Below the pieces are notes generated by a model. The model made no database searches and was not told where the DNA came from. It worked only from the letters and a program-made list of their open reading frames with translations. From a virus, in the IMG/VR virus record IMGVR_UViG_3300046009_011911, positions 15,238 through 79,237 of that record: a stretch of 64,000 nucleotides of DNA; one strand, 5' to 3'. The translations under genes were made by a program, and so were the position numbers. Shown in pieces: positions 9,869 to 19,090 of this stretch. Each line of letters begins with the position of its first letter. Position 1 is the first letter of the stretch.

Positions 9869-10148
9869 GAATGTAGTTGAGAAACTACAAAATAATTACA
9901 CTGTTCTAGAACTCGAAACTTTTACTAAAGATCAGACTGAAATCACTGCATATTGTGTGCTCGACGAAGTCAGTGTTGCCGAACTTCCCACGTTAGATAA
10001 TTCTAGACAAATGCATAATGCGTTTATAAACGAATATAAAAAAGGTAATTATAAATTTTGTGTAGATGCAGCAGAATTTTTGCGTGGTAAGTTCAACGGT
10101 GAATTAGATTCATTCTATGATGCTATTTTACAAAAAATTACCAATTAA
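9849..10148 (+). CDS. Stand-alone homolog of the C-terminal part of the CHASE2 adenylate cyclase
   Basis: VLELETF...HNAFINEYKKGNY...LRGKFNGELDSFY resembles cyclase VLELDKI...HDLMLSYYRKKQW...LKGEFDSNMDLYY. Confidence 0.6.
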   Translation: MFIVWDKNVVEKLQNNYTVLELETFTKDQTEITAYCVLDEVSVAELPTLDNSRQMHNAFINEYKKGNYKFCVDAAEFLRGKFNGELDSFYDAILQKITN

Positions 10149-10161
10149 CGTATAAGAAAAC

Positions 10162-10203
10162 TTTTCTTTTCTCTTTTTTAAATAATAAGGAGGAAAGAAA
10201 ATG
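10162..10203 (+). promoter_or_regulatory. RBS-sequestering hairpin with late-promoter motif in the loop
   Basis: 15-bp stem ttttcttttctcttt/aaggaggaaagaaaa (2 G:U); loop contains TTAAATA. Confidence 0.65.
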
Positions 10204-10662
10204 ACTAAACTAGCAATTTCATTAGTTTTTTTCGCTGTCGTAGCTAAGACAGCCTCTTCTGCTCCGCTACCCGATTTTTCTTTTAAAAATCCCAGTTTTA
10301 ATGGCATAGGATATAGTAGCCATGTTCTTACAATAGAAAATCAGGAAGCAGTTAGAAAAAAAGCAGTTGCAGATAAAATTCAAGCAGAATTAGATAAAAT
10401 TAAAACTGCTGAGCAAAACAGCAATATCAATAAATTTTTGAACAATCTCGAGTCAAGGGTCTATGCTCAAATAAGTCAAAATCTTGCAACCGCTATGTTT
10501 AAAGATGGTGGAAGTAATAGTGGTATTTTTACTTTTGACAATGCAACCAATACTCAAATAGCGTGGGAAAAAAATAGCCTTGATGGCACAATCAAATTAA
10601 TTGTAACAGGTCCAGGAGTCAATACCACTGTGGTAGTGCCCTTAGGACAGTTTCAATTTTGA
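10201..10662 (+). CDS. csgF: Curli assembly factor CsgF-like
   Basis: Signal peptide then FSFKNPSFNG (CsgF N-terminal FxFxNPxFxG); adjacent to csgG. Confidence 0.8.
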   Translation: MTKLAISLVFFAVVAKTASSAPLPDFSFKNPSFNGIGYSSHVLTIENQEAVRKKAVADKIQAELDKIKTAEQNSNINKFLNNLESRVYAQISQNLATAMFKDGGSNSGIFTFDNATNTQIAWEKNSLDGTIKLIVTGPGVNTTVVVPLGQFQF

Positions 10663-11471
10663 TTAGACGATATTTTATTTCATTAATTTTACTGCTCACA
10701 TTATCAGGATGTGCTTTGCATCAACGGGCTAACGATTTAGAATATAAGCCTGAAATTACAAAATCAATGATGCAAAGAGAATTAGAAAATGTCCCAGCCC
10801 CTGCCAGCGGAAAACCTGTAAGTGTGGCTGTCTACAGTTTTTTAGATAAAACCGGGCAACGCCGTCCTCAGACTAATGTAGCCAGTTTAAGCACAGCAGT
10901 TACACAAGGTGCTGAAGCTTTTCTCATTAAGGCTTTACAAGATGTTGGTCGTGGCAAATGGTTCGAAGTTGTAGAACGTGTTGGGTTAGACAATATTCAA
11001 AAAGAACGTTTGATAATTAGGCAAATGAGAGAAGCCTATGAAGGCAATAATGCTAAACCCTTAATGCCCATGCAATTTGCAGGAATGATAATAGAAGGCG
11101 GTATAATAGGTTATGATACTAGTACTAAATCTGGAGGTTCAGGTGCAAGATGGTTGGGTATCGGTGCTCAAACGCAATATAGTGAAGACATTGTTACGGT
11201 CAGTCTAAGAGCAGTAAGTGTTAACACGGGAAAAGTCTTAATCACTGTAACAGTTCAAAAAACAATTCTTAGCACAGCAGACAGTATTAATGCATTAAGA
11301 TTTTTTGATTTGGGGACAAAAGCTTTTGAGGCTGAAACCGGATTAACTATAAATGAACCCGGCACTTATGCAGTTAAAACAGCAGTTGAAGCGGCTGTTA
11401 TAGAACTAATAAAAGAAGGTCAACGGAGAGGAGTATGGGATTTCAAAAAAGAAACTAAAGGAACTGATTAA
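10659..11471 (+). CDS. csgG: Curli secretion channel CsgG-like lipoprotein
   Basis: Lipobox LSGC; VAVYSFLDKTGQ, STAVTQGA, WFEVVERVGL, ERLIIR, IEGGIIGYD. Confidence 0.92.
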   Translation: MIRRYFISLILLLTLSGCALHQRANDLEYKPEITKSMMQRELENVPAPASGKPVSVAVYSFLDKTGQRRPQTNVASLSTAVTQGAEAFLIKALQDVGRGKWFEVVERVGLDNIQKERLIIRQMREAYEGNNAKPLMPMQFAGMIIEGGIIGYDTSTKSGGSGARWLGIGAQTQYSEDIVTVSLRAVSVNTGKVLITVTVQKTILSTADSINALRFFDLGTKAFEAETGLTINEPGTYAVKTAVEAAVIELIKEGQRRGVWDFKKETKGTD

Positions 11472-11494
11472 GGAATACAAACTTAATCTTATAA

Positions 11495-12274
11495 ATGATG
11501 ACTAAAAAAATATTAATTACAATTTTGGCTAGTTTAAGTTTAATTAGCTATGCCGCAGACAATACAATTTATATTGATCAAGCGGGAGATAATGCAACTA
11601 TAACCATGTTGCAGGACGGTGCAGGAAATAGAATCAGGGGTATTCAAGGAGTGGGCACAGGCAATACAACTCCTGCAAAATTAACAGGTGATGCTATAAC
11701 CGTAGACGTTCAACAAATTGGTAGTGGTAATGTATTGAATATGGGCATAGTTACTGCAACAGCTAATGGTAGTAGTCCTACTAATATTACCTATGTTCAA
11801 ACAGGTAACAATGCAACTGCTACTTTAAATCTTAATAATTCTGGAGCAGGAACTAATGCCAGTACAAATTTAAATATTACTCAAACTGGGGATGGTGGAA
11901 TAACTGACCTTAACATTTTAGGATCTAACAACACAATGACCAGCGTTCAAAGCGGTGGTAATAATAATGAATTAGTGGCAACTATTAATGCTAATCAAAC
12001 CACCGTTAATATAAGCCAGACTGGCGGTGGTGGCAACGAAACTACATTAAATTTAACTGGAAATAAAGGCACAGTTGACATTACTACAGTTGGAGCTACC
12101 AATACTACCAGTATTACACAAAGCGGGGGAAGTGTATCGGGCCATAATACAACTTTGGATTATACTGGTTCTGGTAACAATACCATTATAAGTCAAACTG
12201 GAACCATTGATACCACAGTTAATATAAAAAGTGTAGGATCCGGAAACGCATTTACAATCACTACTCATAATTGA
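11495..12274 (+). CDS. Curlin-like secreted beta-repeat protein (CsgA/B-like)
   Basis: Signal peptide; repeated Q-x-G-x-x-N strands, N/T/G/Q-rich. Confidence 0.75.
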   Translation: MMTKKILITILASLSLISYAADNTIYIDQAGDNATITMLQDGAGNRIRGIQGVGTGNTTPAKLTGDAITVDVQQIGSGNVLNMGIVTATANGSSPTNITYVQTGNNATATLNLNNSGAGTNASTNLNITQTGDGGITDLNILGSNNTMTSVQSGGNNNELVATINANQTTVNISQTGGGGNETTLNLTGNKGTVDITTVGATNTTSITQSGGSVSGHNTTLDYTGSGNNTIISQTGTIDTTVNIKSVGSGNAFTITTHN

Positions 12275-12281
12275 GGTAAAT

Positions 12282-13388
12282 ATGAAATTATGCAACCTAC
12301 TTGCTTTACCCTTAATGATTACATTTTGGAACTGCAACGCAGGGATAGGGCAAGTTACGGAACAATTGAATACCCCAGCAGTGATACAGAGAAAGGCAGA
12401 GAACCTTCAAGGGATCAAGGGTCAACAGGTGGAAATGTTAGATTCGATTCGAACTCAGCAGGGCAAAGTAGGAATAACATTTGAAGACAACACAAGAGTT
12501 CAAGTTAATGAAAACAGTAAACTTGTAATTGATGATTTTGTATATGATCCAAAAAGCAAGGGCGGTAAGTTAGGGGCCAAAGTCGCATTAGGCACAGTAA
12601 GATATGCCAGTGGACAGATTGCAAAAACTACCCCACAGAATGTTGCATTAAATACTCCTACTGCAACTATTTCAGTTCGCGGCACCGATTTTACTGCCAC
12701 AGTTGAAGAATTTGGGCAAAGCACGGTTATTTTACTACCCAGCTGCCCCGACGACAAACCTACTAGAACGAAAAATGATATTGCAAGTAATTGTATAGTG
12801 GGAGAAATTATAGTCGAAAGTGATGCAGGCACAGTGATACTAAATCAACCATTCCAAGCTACCAGAGTAGAATCAAGATCTGCGGCCCCATCCAGGCCTG
12901 TTATATTAAATTTAAGTGAAGATGCTATCGGTAACATGATAATTTTGAGTCCGCCTAAAGAGTTGAAAGATTCCAGAGAACAACAAAATCTTCAGAAAAG
13001 TTATCTAGATATGGATTTTTTAGCTGCAAACGGTCTAGAAAATGCATTAGATAAAGTACAGATGCAGATATGGCAAGATAAATTAAGTTATACGTTTTTA
13101 GATAATAGCTTTCTAAACAATGTATTTGATATGATAGCAGATTCACTGAATGAAAAATTATTGGATGAAGTGGATACAGTTCTGCCAGATTATCGTAAAA
13201 GTAGCGGAGTTATCGCAGTAAAAGACGATCCGTTTGTCACATTATGTCGTGATAGCGGACAAGACAAACAGTGTGTTACTACACCTATAAACCAAAGTGC
13301 CACATTGACGCAAACACAAGGATCAGTTACTATAAAGAACAGAATTAATCAAGGTACAGGCACTATAATTACATTGATACAAAGATGA
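12282..13388 (+). CDS. FecR-domain secreted/periplasmic protein
   Basis: DSIRT, ITFEDNTRVQVNENSKL, TPTATISVRGTDF. Confidence 0.85.
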   Translation: MKLCNLLALPLMITFWNCNAGIGQVTEQLNTPAVIQRKAENLQGIKGQQVEMLDSIRTQQGKVGITFEDNTRVQVNENSKLVIDDFVYDPKSKGGKLGAKVALGTVRYASGQIAKTTPQNVALNTPTATISVRGTDFTATVEEFGQSTVILLPSCPDDKPTRTKNDIASNCIVGEIIVESDAGTVILNQPFQATRVESRSAAPSRPVILNLSEDAIGNMIILSPPKELKDSREQQNLQKSYLDMDFLAANGLENALDKVQMQIWQDKLSYTFLDNSFLNNVFDMIADSLNEKLLDEVDTVLPDYRKSSGVIAVKDDPFVTLCRDSGQDKQCVTTPINQSATLTQTQGSVTIKNRINQGTGTIITLIQR

Positions 13389-13996
13389 AATTTTTAATAT
13401 TATTTTTATTGCCAGCTATAGCTTTTGCATCCGATAATACCATTTATATCGACCAGATCGGTAACAATAATATTGTAACGATTACTCAAACTGGAAGTTC
13501 TAATACAGTATCTGGAGTGTTAAAACAGGCCTCTTCAGTCCAGGGCGATTCAAATCAAATTTCCATTTCGCAAGATGTTTCTAATCAAATTAAACTAGAT
13601 TTAACCGGCGACTATAATAATATTACAGTTAATCAAACTATTGGTAATATGGCAGAAACTACTGTCATCGGAAACAACAATACACTAAACTTTCAACAAT
13701 TAAATTCTGGTTCTAAATCTATTACTGCGTCTATAACTGGAAACTCAAATCAAATTTCATCTAATCAACAGGGCACCGGGCAACATCAATTAAATGTTTC
13801 ATTAACGGGTAATGGGCACAATGTAACAAGTTTACAAAAAGATTCTGGTAATCACGCTGCTAACATAAATCTTACTAATGCTGGTGGCGCTGCAACAGTA
13901 AATTTGACTCAGCAGGGATCGCTCGGTCAAACTTATTCATTGACACAAAGTTGCAGTATGGTTGGTGGATGTTCAACTTCAATAACACAACAGTAA
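13385..13996 (+). CDS. Second curlin-like beta-repeat protein
   Basis: Signal peptide; mature start SDNTIYIDQIG nearly identical to ADNTIYIDQAG of 11495; QxGxxN repeats. Confidence 0.75.
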   Translation: MKFLILFLLPAIAFASDNTIYIDQIGNNNIVTITQTGSSNTVSGVLKQASSVQGDSNQISISQDVSNQIKLDLTGDYNNITVNQTIGNMAETTVIGNNNTLNFQQLNSGSKSITASITGNSNQISSNQQGTGQHQLNVSLTGNGHNVTSLQKDSGNHAANINLTNAGGAATVNLTQQGSLGQTYSLTQSCSMVGGCSTSITQQ

Positions 13997-14008
13997 TTCA
14001 AAAAAATT

Positions 14009-14827
14009 ATGGAAAATAAAATTCAAGTATTTGGTGGTTTAGGTTTTGTTGGCTCTGAGTTTGTAAAACAAAATCCTGAATGTATAGTAAACGAACGACA
14101 CGACTACACAGTTAAGTCAAACAATATACTTTACTTGATCAGCACCATTAGTAACTACAACATGCTTACTAATCCCTATATTGATATAGACACTAATCTT
14201 ACTACATTGATGCGGGTACTAGAACAATGCAAGAATAACAATGTTACTTTTAATTTTGTAAGCAGTTGGTTTGTGTACGGTGATACCGATATGCCTGCCA
14301 GCGAAACAAGTATCTGCAGGCCCACTGGTTTTTATTCTATTACTAAAAAGGCGGCAGAAGATTTACTAATAACCTATTCCAAAGTTTTCGATATCAAATA
14401 TAGAATTTTAAGATTAGCAAATGTAGTAGGTCCAGGAGATCCTAAAGCTAGTTTAAAGAAAAATGCTTTACAACATCTTATTAATGAATTGAAAGCAAAT
14501 AGAGATATCAATATCTATGACAATGGCAATATGTATAGAGATTATGTGCATGTGGAAGATGTAGCAAGAGCTTTGAAATTAGTAATGGACAAAGGGTTGA
14601 CCAATGAAATATATAACATTGGCAATGGCAAACCTATTAAATTTAAAACTATTATAGACTATGCACATAAAATTCTTGCAAGTTCCAGTAATATGCATAA
14701 TATTGATCCTCCCGAATTTCATAAAATAGTGCAAGTTCATAGTATGTTCATGAATACAGAAAAGTTAAAACAATTGGGTTATAAACCCAAGTTCAACATG
14801 GAACAGATAGTAGAAGATATGATATAA
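14009..14827 (+). CDS. NAD-dependent epimerase/dehydratase
   Basis: GGLGFVG, SSWFVYG, YSITK (YxxxK), RDYVHVEDVA. Confidence 0.9.
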   Translation: MENKIQVFGGLGFVGSEFVKQNPECIVNERHDYTVKSNNILYLISTISNYNMLTNPYIDIDTNLTTLMRVLEQCKNNNVTFNFVSSWFVYGDTDMPASETSICRPTGFYSITKKAAEDLLITYSKVFDIKYRILRLANVVGPGDPKASLKKNALQHLINELKANRDINIYDNGNMYRDYVHVEDVARALKLVMDKGLTNEIYNIGNGKPIKFKTIIDYAHKILASSSNMHNIDPPEFHKIVQVHSMFMNTEKLKQLGYKPKFNMEQIVEDMI

Positions 14828-14830
14828 ATA
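14823..14830 (+). promoter_or_regulatory. T4-type late promoter of the cyclase gene
   Basis: TATAAATA. Confidence 0.65.
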
Positions 14831-14854
14831 TTTTGTCAGCAACTTTAAACAAAT

Positions 14855-16915
14855 ATGAATATTAAAAAAATACTGTTGTCCCCCTGGACAGCTCTACTAA
14901 CTTTAGCTATTATTGTATCTATTAGAATAGCAGATCCCGCTTTTGTTGAATCTGTTAGGTTACGGTATTTTGACAGTTTAATATTAAGTAAACCTGTAAC
15001 TGAAAATAATATCTATACAGTAGATATTGATGAAGCTGCATTAGACAAATATGGCCAATGGCCTTTGCCCAGAGGTATATATGCTGAAATTATTGAGGAT
15101 TTGTATAGAAGGAATGCTGGTCTTGTTGTTTTCAACGTTCTATTGCCTAATGCTGATAGAAGTAATCAAGATAATCGTTTGGTTAAAACATTAGAAAAAC
15201 ACGAAGTCATACTGCCTAGCGTACCCGCAGATAAAACAAGAAATACTCCTCGTAATCCAGGCAGCGTGGTTTTAGGTCCAGAATATTCTGACAGAATCGT
15301 GAACTATCCCGGTATCATTGCCAATATACCAGCCTTAGAACTTGCAGCAGCTGGTATAGGCACAGTCCATACTTTACCTGAAATTGATGGCGTCAATAGA
15401 CGAATGCCATTAATTATAGCTGTAGGAGATCGATTGTATCCTAGTTTATCAATTGAAACTCTTAGGGTAGCCGCAGGTGACACTACTGTTCAAATAAAAC
15501 TAAATGAAAATGGTGTAGAAAAGTTACGGGTTCCTGCATTTGGTCCAGTGACAACAGACAGTCTTGGTCGTATATGGGTAGACTGGCAACAGCAAGCACA
15601 ACAAGTAAGTTTAATGAACCTGCCTGATAATTTTGAAAAAGCAATTGTTGTGGTAGGTGTAACAGCAGCAGGTTTATCTAATCCGGTTCCAACTAGTAAG
15701 GGTGCAGTGTTTCCGCATCATGCGCAGGCAGGAGTTATTGCAACTTTGATAAATCAAGTGGTAATTCAACGCCCCGATTATGCAGATGGATTAGAAATTA
15801 TTGCTATGATTGTGATTGGGTGTGTTATTTTATTTTTAACAAGGAAAATATATGTCGGTTTGGCTTCAGTTATTGTTTTGGTTGTCTCTAGTATTTTGGG
15901 TAGTATCTATGTTTATCAGTCCTTATTATTCCTTATTGACATTACTGCCATTACTGGCAGTACACTATTGGTCAGTCTTCACGCATACGGAATAAAATTT
16001 GTAAGCGAATATTTACAAAAACAACAAATTAAAAAACAGTTTGGAACTTATCTAAGCCCTGCAATGGTTGAGAAACTGCAAAAAAATCCTGAACTGTTAA
16101 CTTTAGGTGGTGAGTCCCGCGAATTAAGTATCATGTTTACTGATGTTAGAGGATTTACCAGTATCAGTGAACATTATGGCAAAGATGTTCAGGGATTAAC
16201 AAAGATTATGAATCGTTACATGACTGCCATGACTGCTAAGATTTTAGATAACCAAGGCACCTTAGACAAATATATCGGGGACGCACAGATGGCTTTTTGG
16301 AACGCACCATTAGATGATGCAGATCATGCCAAGAACGCAGTACGTACAGGTTTAGCTATGATGGGAAGTTTAGATGCATTTAATCGTGAAATTACGGCAG
16401 AAGGCGTACCGCCTTTTGGTATGGGTCTTGGCATTAATACTGACACCGTTGTGGTGGGTAACATGGGAAGTAGTCAGCGTTTTGACTATACTTGCTTGGG
16501 TGACGGCGTCAATTTGGCATCCCGACTGGAGGGCCAGAGTAAACCGTACGGCGTCAAAATCGTACTTGGCCCAAAAACTGCTGAATATGTAAAAGATGAG
16601 TATTTCGTTTTAGAATTAGACAAAATTGCAGTCAAAGGTAAAAAAGAGGGTGTTAATATTTTTACAGTATTGCCTGAAACAGATGCAGGTGCATTGGCTG
16701 AATGGTTATTAGCAAAACAAGAACATGATCTGATGTTATCTTATTATAGGAAAAAACAATGGGATCAGGCTCGCAAATTATCGCAGCAGCTTAAGGGTGA
16801 ATTTGATTCTAATATGGATTTGTATTACGAAAGTTGGATTGAAAGAATCGAAGAAATGAGACAGAAAGAATTACCTGATAACTGGGATGGTACTTATGTG
16901 GCAACATCCAAATAA
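14855..16915 (+). CDS. CHASE2-domain class III adenylate cyclase
   Basis: VDIDEAALDKYGQWPLPR (CHASE2); TM helices; FTDVRGFT, DKYIGDA, DYTCLGDGVNLASRLEG (K/D pair for ATP specificity, catalytic N/R intact). Confidence 0.93.
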   Translation: MNIKKILLSPWTALLTLAIIVSIRIADPAFVESVRLRYFDSLILSKPVTENNIYTVDIDEAALDKYGQWPLPRGIYAEIIEDLYRRNAGLVVFNVLLPNADRSNQDNRLVKTLEKHEVILPSVPADKTRNTPRNPGSVVLGPEYSDRIVNYPGIIANIPALELAAAGIGTVHTLPEIDGVNRRMPLIIAVGDRLYPSLSIETLRVAAGDTTVQIKLNENGVEKLRVPAFGPVTTDSLGRIWVDWQQQAQQVSLMNLPDNFEKAIVVVGVTAAGLSNPVPTSKGAVFPHHAQAGVIATLINQVVIQRPDYADGLEIIAMIVIGCVILFLTRKIYVGLASVIVLVVSSILGSIYVYQSLLFLIDITAITGSTLLVSLHAYGIKFVSEYLQKQQIKKQFGTYLSPAMVEKLQKNPELLTLGGESRELSIMFTDVRGFTSISEHYGKDVQGLTKIMNRYMTAMTAKILDNQGTLDKYIGDAQMAFWNAPLDDADHAKNAVRTGLAMMGSLDAFNREITAEGVPPFGMGLGINTDTVVVGNMGSSQRFDYTCLGDGVNLASRLEGQSKPYGVKIVLGPKTAEYVKDEYFVLELDKIAVKGKKEGVNIFTVLPETDAGALAEWLLAKQEHDLMLSYYRKKQWDQARKLSQQLKGEFDSNMDLYYESWIERIEEMRQKELPDNWDGTYVATSK

Positions 16916-17054
16916 TTATTATAATGCTTGGTTTGACTACTGGATATACTGTAATTTGGTAGCTCAATATTTGCCACTAATGCTGTACACTAGTTATGAT
17001 GAATATTTTAAAACTGTGTGTATGAATGGAATTAAAAATAATACAAAAGTTTAA
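16896..17054 (+). CDS. 52-aa hypothetical protein (not in ORF track)
   Basis: MWQHPNNYYNAWFDYW...KV*; fills the gap to the convergent gene. Confidence 0.4.
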   Translation: MWQHPNNYYNAWFDYWIYCNLVAQYLPLMLYTSYDEYFKTVCMNGIKNNTKV

Positions 17055-17428
17055 CCTTCACCTGCATTAGCAGTTTGTTGATCTTCTTTATCTGGTTTTT
17101 TATCTGCCTTTTTATCTGCGTCCACTATAGCTTTTTTAAACTTACGATCCGCTTCATTATCGACTTTAACTGCTTCTAAAACACGTTCACTTTCTATAAT
17201 TTTACCTCTGAGATGAAGAACTGTGTTGACCTTCTGTTGCATTCTAATTAAATCATTATCTAACATTCTTATGCGATCAATTAAGGCAATAAGTGTAGTG
17301 TTAGCTTCACTAAGTACAGGCTTTATTTCTTTAGTAGCCCATTCCCAAACATAATATATCAAATACCCCATTCCTGCGGCTGCTACAATGGGGAATCCGT
17401 ATTTGTTTATTAATTCAACTACATCCAC
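17051..17428 (-). CDS. Single-TM coiled-coil protein with GFPI motif (YvrJ-like)
   Basis: LINKYGFPIVAA...ALIDRIRMLDNDLIR. Confidence 0.65.
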   Translation of the reverse strand: MDVVELINKYGFPIVAAAGMGYLIYYVWEWATKEIKPVLSEANTTLIALIDRIRMLDNDLIRMQQKVNTVLHLRGKIIESERVLEAVKVDNEADRKFKKAIVDADKKADKKPDKEDQQTANAGEG

Positions 17429-17609
17429 AACTATGCCCTTCCATTAAAAATTGTAACATAGGGTCTACTTTTTTCAACACAAGTTTGCCGTCATGTTCAA
17501 TCATTTGCCAATAATCCCCCGACTTCCATTCTAATTTGTTTGTATTGATTTCACAGTCTGGTATAATTACAGTAGGGCTTAGATCCCAAATATAGTCTAC
17601 ATACAGCAT
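17415..17609 (-). CDS. Small AbrB/MazE-like protein
   Basis: KLEWKSGD...IEHDGKLVLKKV. Confidence 0.45.
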   Translation of the reverse strand: MLYVDYIWDLSPTVIIPDCEINTNKLEWKSGDYWQMIEHDGKLVLKKVDPMLQFLMEGHSCGCS

Positions 17610-17611
17610 TT

Positions 17612-17893
17612 TTAATCTCGCCTAGCATCATTTTTCCCGTCAGCTCGGGCAATACGATCTACATCGGGTTTCAATCCTAATGCATTGCTCACAATGGTAT
17701 CTATCCTTATCACATCATGGTTCATAGTCTTAACACGATTATCCAAGGCCATAATAATACCTTTTAAGCCGTTCACACTGCCAGTTACACCAGCTAAAAT
17801 AAATTTAAGGGTCAAAAATACAAAGTAACCCGCAGCGATTGCACCAGCTATAGGAAATCCAACTTCGGCAACTAATTTGAAAAATTCACCCAT
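17612..17893 (-). CDS. Paralog of 17051 (GFPI single-TM protein)
   Basis: LVAEVGFPIAGA...ALDNRVKTMNHDVIR. Confidence 0.65.
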   Translation of the reverse strand: MGEFFKLVAEVGFPIAGAIAAGYFVFLTLKFILAGVTGSVNGLKGIIMALDNRVKTMNHDVIRIDTIVSNALGLKPDVDRIARADGKNDARRD

Positions 17894-17917
17894 GGTAAAC
17901 TCCGTTTACCAAAATAT

Positions 17918-19090
17918 TTATCGTAAAAACAATTTTCTAACGTTGTCAAAATCAACAAGGTGAATAGGAATATCAGTATCATCATATCTTGCGTGGTTAT
18001 AAATTCTTACACAAGTTTGAAAATTATTTAACAATTCGTCTACAATAATTGTTTTAAAATCATTGTAGAAATGATTAAAATTGAATTCAAGGACAGATTG
18101 CATTTCCTTGTGCATATCTCGAAGTTGGTTCATATTTAACAATGATAATTTGCGTAGTTCGTTTACAATCATTGAAATTCTTTTATCGTTATCTGTTTCA
18201 AGATCATAACTTTCATCTATCCATCTATCAAAAGTTTGAAATCCATATGATTTCAGATATGATAAATTATGAGCTGCACCTACTAACATAAATGGTCTTT
18301 TACTAACTATTGGTTTGAATATTTTTTCTGTTAAGTGTAGTTTATCATGATAAAAAATAGTTTCACTTACAATGTGCCATAAAGCAGATTGATATTTTTG
18401 AAGTTGGGAGCCACCACATTCTGCACTTAAAAAACCTTCGGGATTTACCTTGTCTATAATTAATGGTCCGTTTAAAGATGTTAAATTATCTTTAATTTCT
18501 TTAAGTTTATGTTGCGGTAAAAGGGTATACGGATTATCTAATTCTTGCTTCCATGAATCAGAGTCATTGGTCAACGGTAAACTTACTGACCCATGTTGTA
18601 ACAGATCGTATTTGATATATTCATTGACCAAATTAAGTCGATAGCTACGCAAATTTGTATGCAGTCTATTATAGCTTATAAATAATTTTGTGAATGGATT
18701 TTCAACTTGGGCCAAGTATTTGTAATCATTGTACCAATATAAAGATGCAAACCCGTGATAGAAATAATACCAATCGAGAAATTGATTTTTTTTACAAACT
18801 ACCTTTTTAATTTCAGACTTTTCACTGTTAGCTAAAATTTTACAAAACTTATTAGTGAACAAAGCCCGATTAATATATGTTAAAGTTTCATTTAGTATTG
18901 GTTCCTGATCATAAAAAAGCATTGAATGAAGATGGTCAGAATGAAGTCTATATTCAAAATCCCACATAAATCTACTAGATTGTAAATCTGTTTTACCGAA
19001 AGGGTAATAATAATTAGGAGTAATTCTAGTATGTTCAAGCAAATTTTTGTATAATACGTAATAAAAGTTATCAACGGAGATCATATGCAA
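17918..19090 (-). CDS. Putative glycosyltransferase-like protein
   Basis: IVSETIF...LTEKIFKPI...GFQTFDRWIDESYD motif block. Confidence 0.55.
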   Translation of the reverse strand: MHMISVDNFYYVLYKNLLEHTRITPNYYYPFGKTDLQSSRFMWDFEYRLHSDHLHSMLFYDQEPILNETLTYINRALFTNKFCKILANSEKSEIKKVVCKKNQFLDWYYFYHGFASLYWYNDYKYLAQVENPFTKLFISYNRLHTNLRSYRLNLVNEYIKYDLLQHGSVSLPLTNDSDSWKQELDNPYTLLPQHKLKEIKDNLTSLNGPLIIDKVNPEGFLSAECGGSQLQKYQSALWHIVSETIFYHDKLHLTEKIFKPIVSKRPFMLVGAAHNLSYLKSYGFQTFDRWIDESYDLETDNDKRISMIVNELRKLSLLNMNQLRDMHKEMQSVLEFNFNHFYNDFKTIIVDELLNNFQTCVRIYNHARYDDTDIPIHLVDFDNVRKLFLR

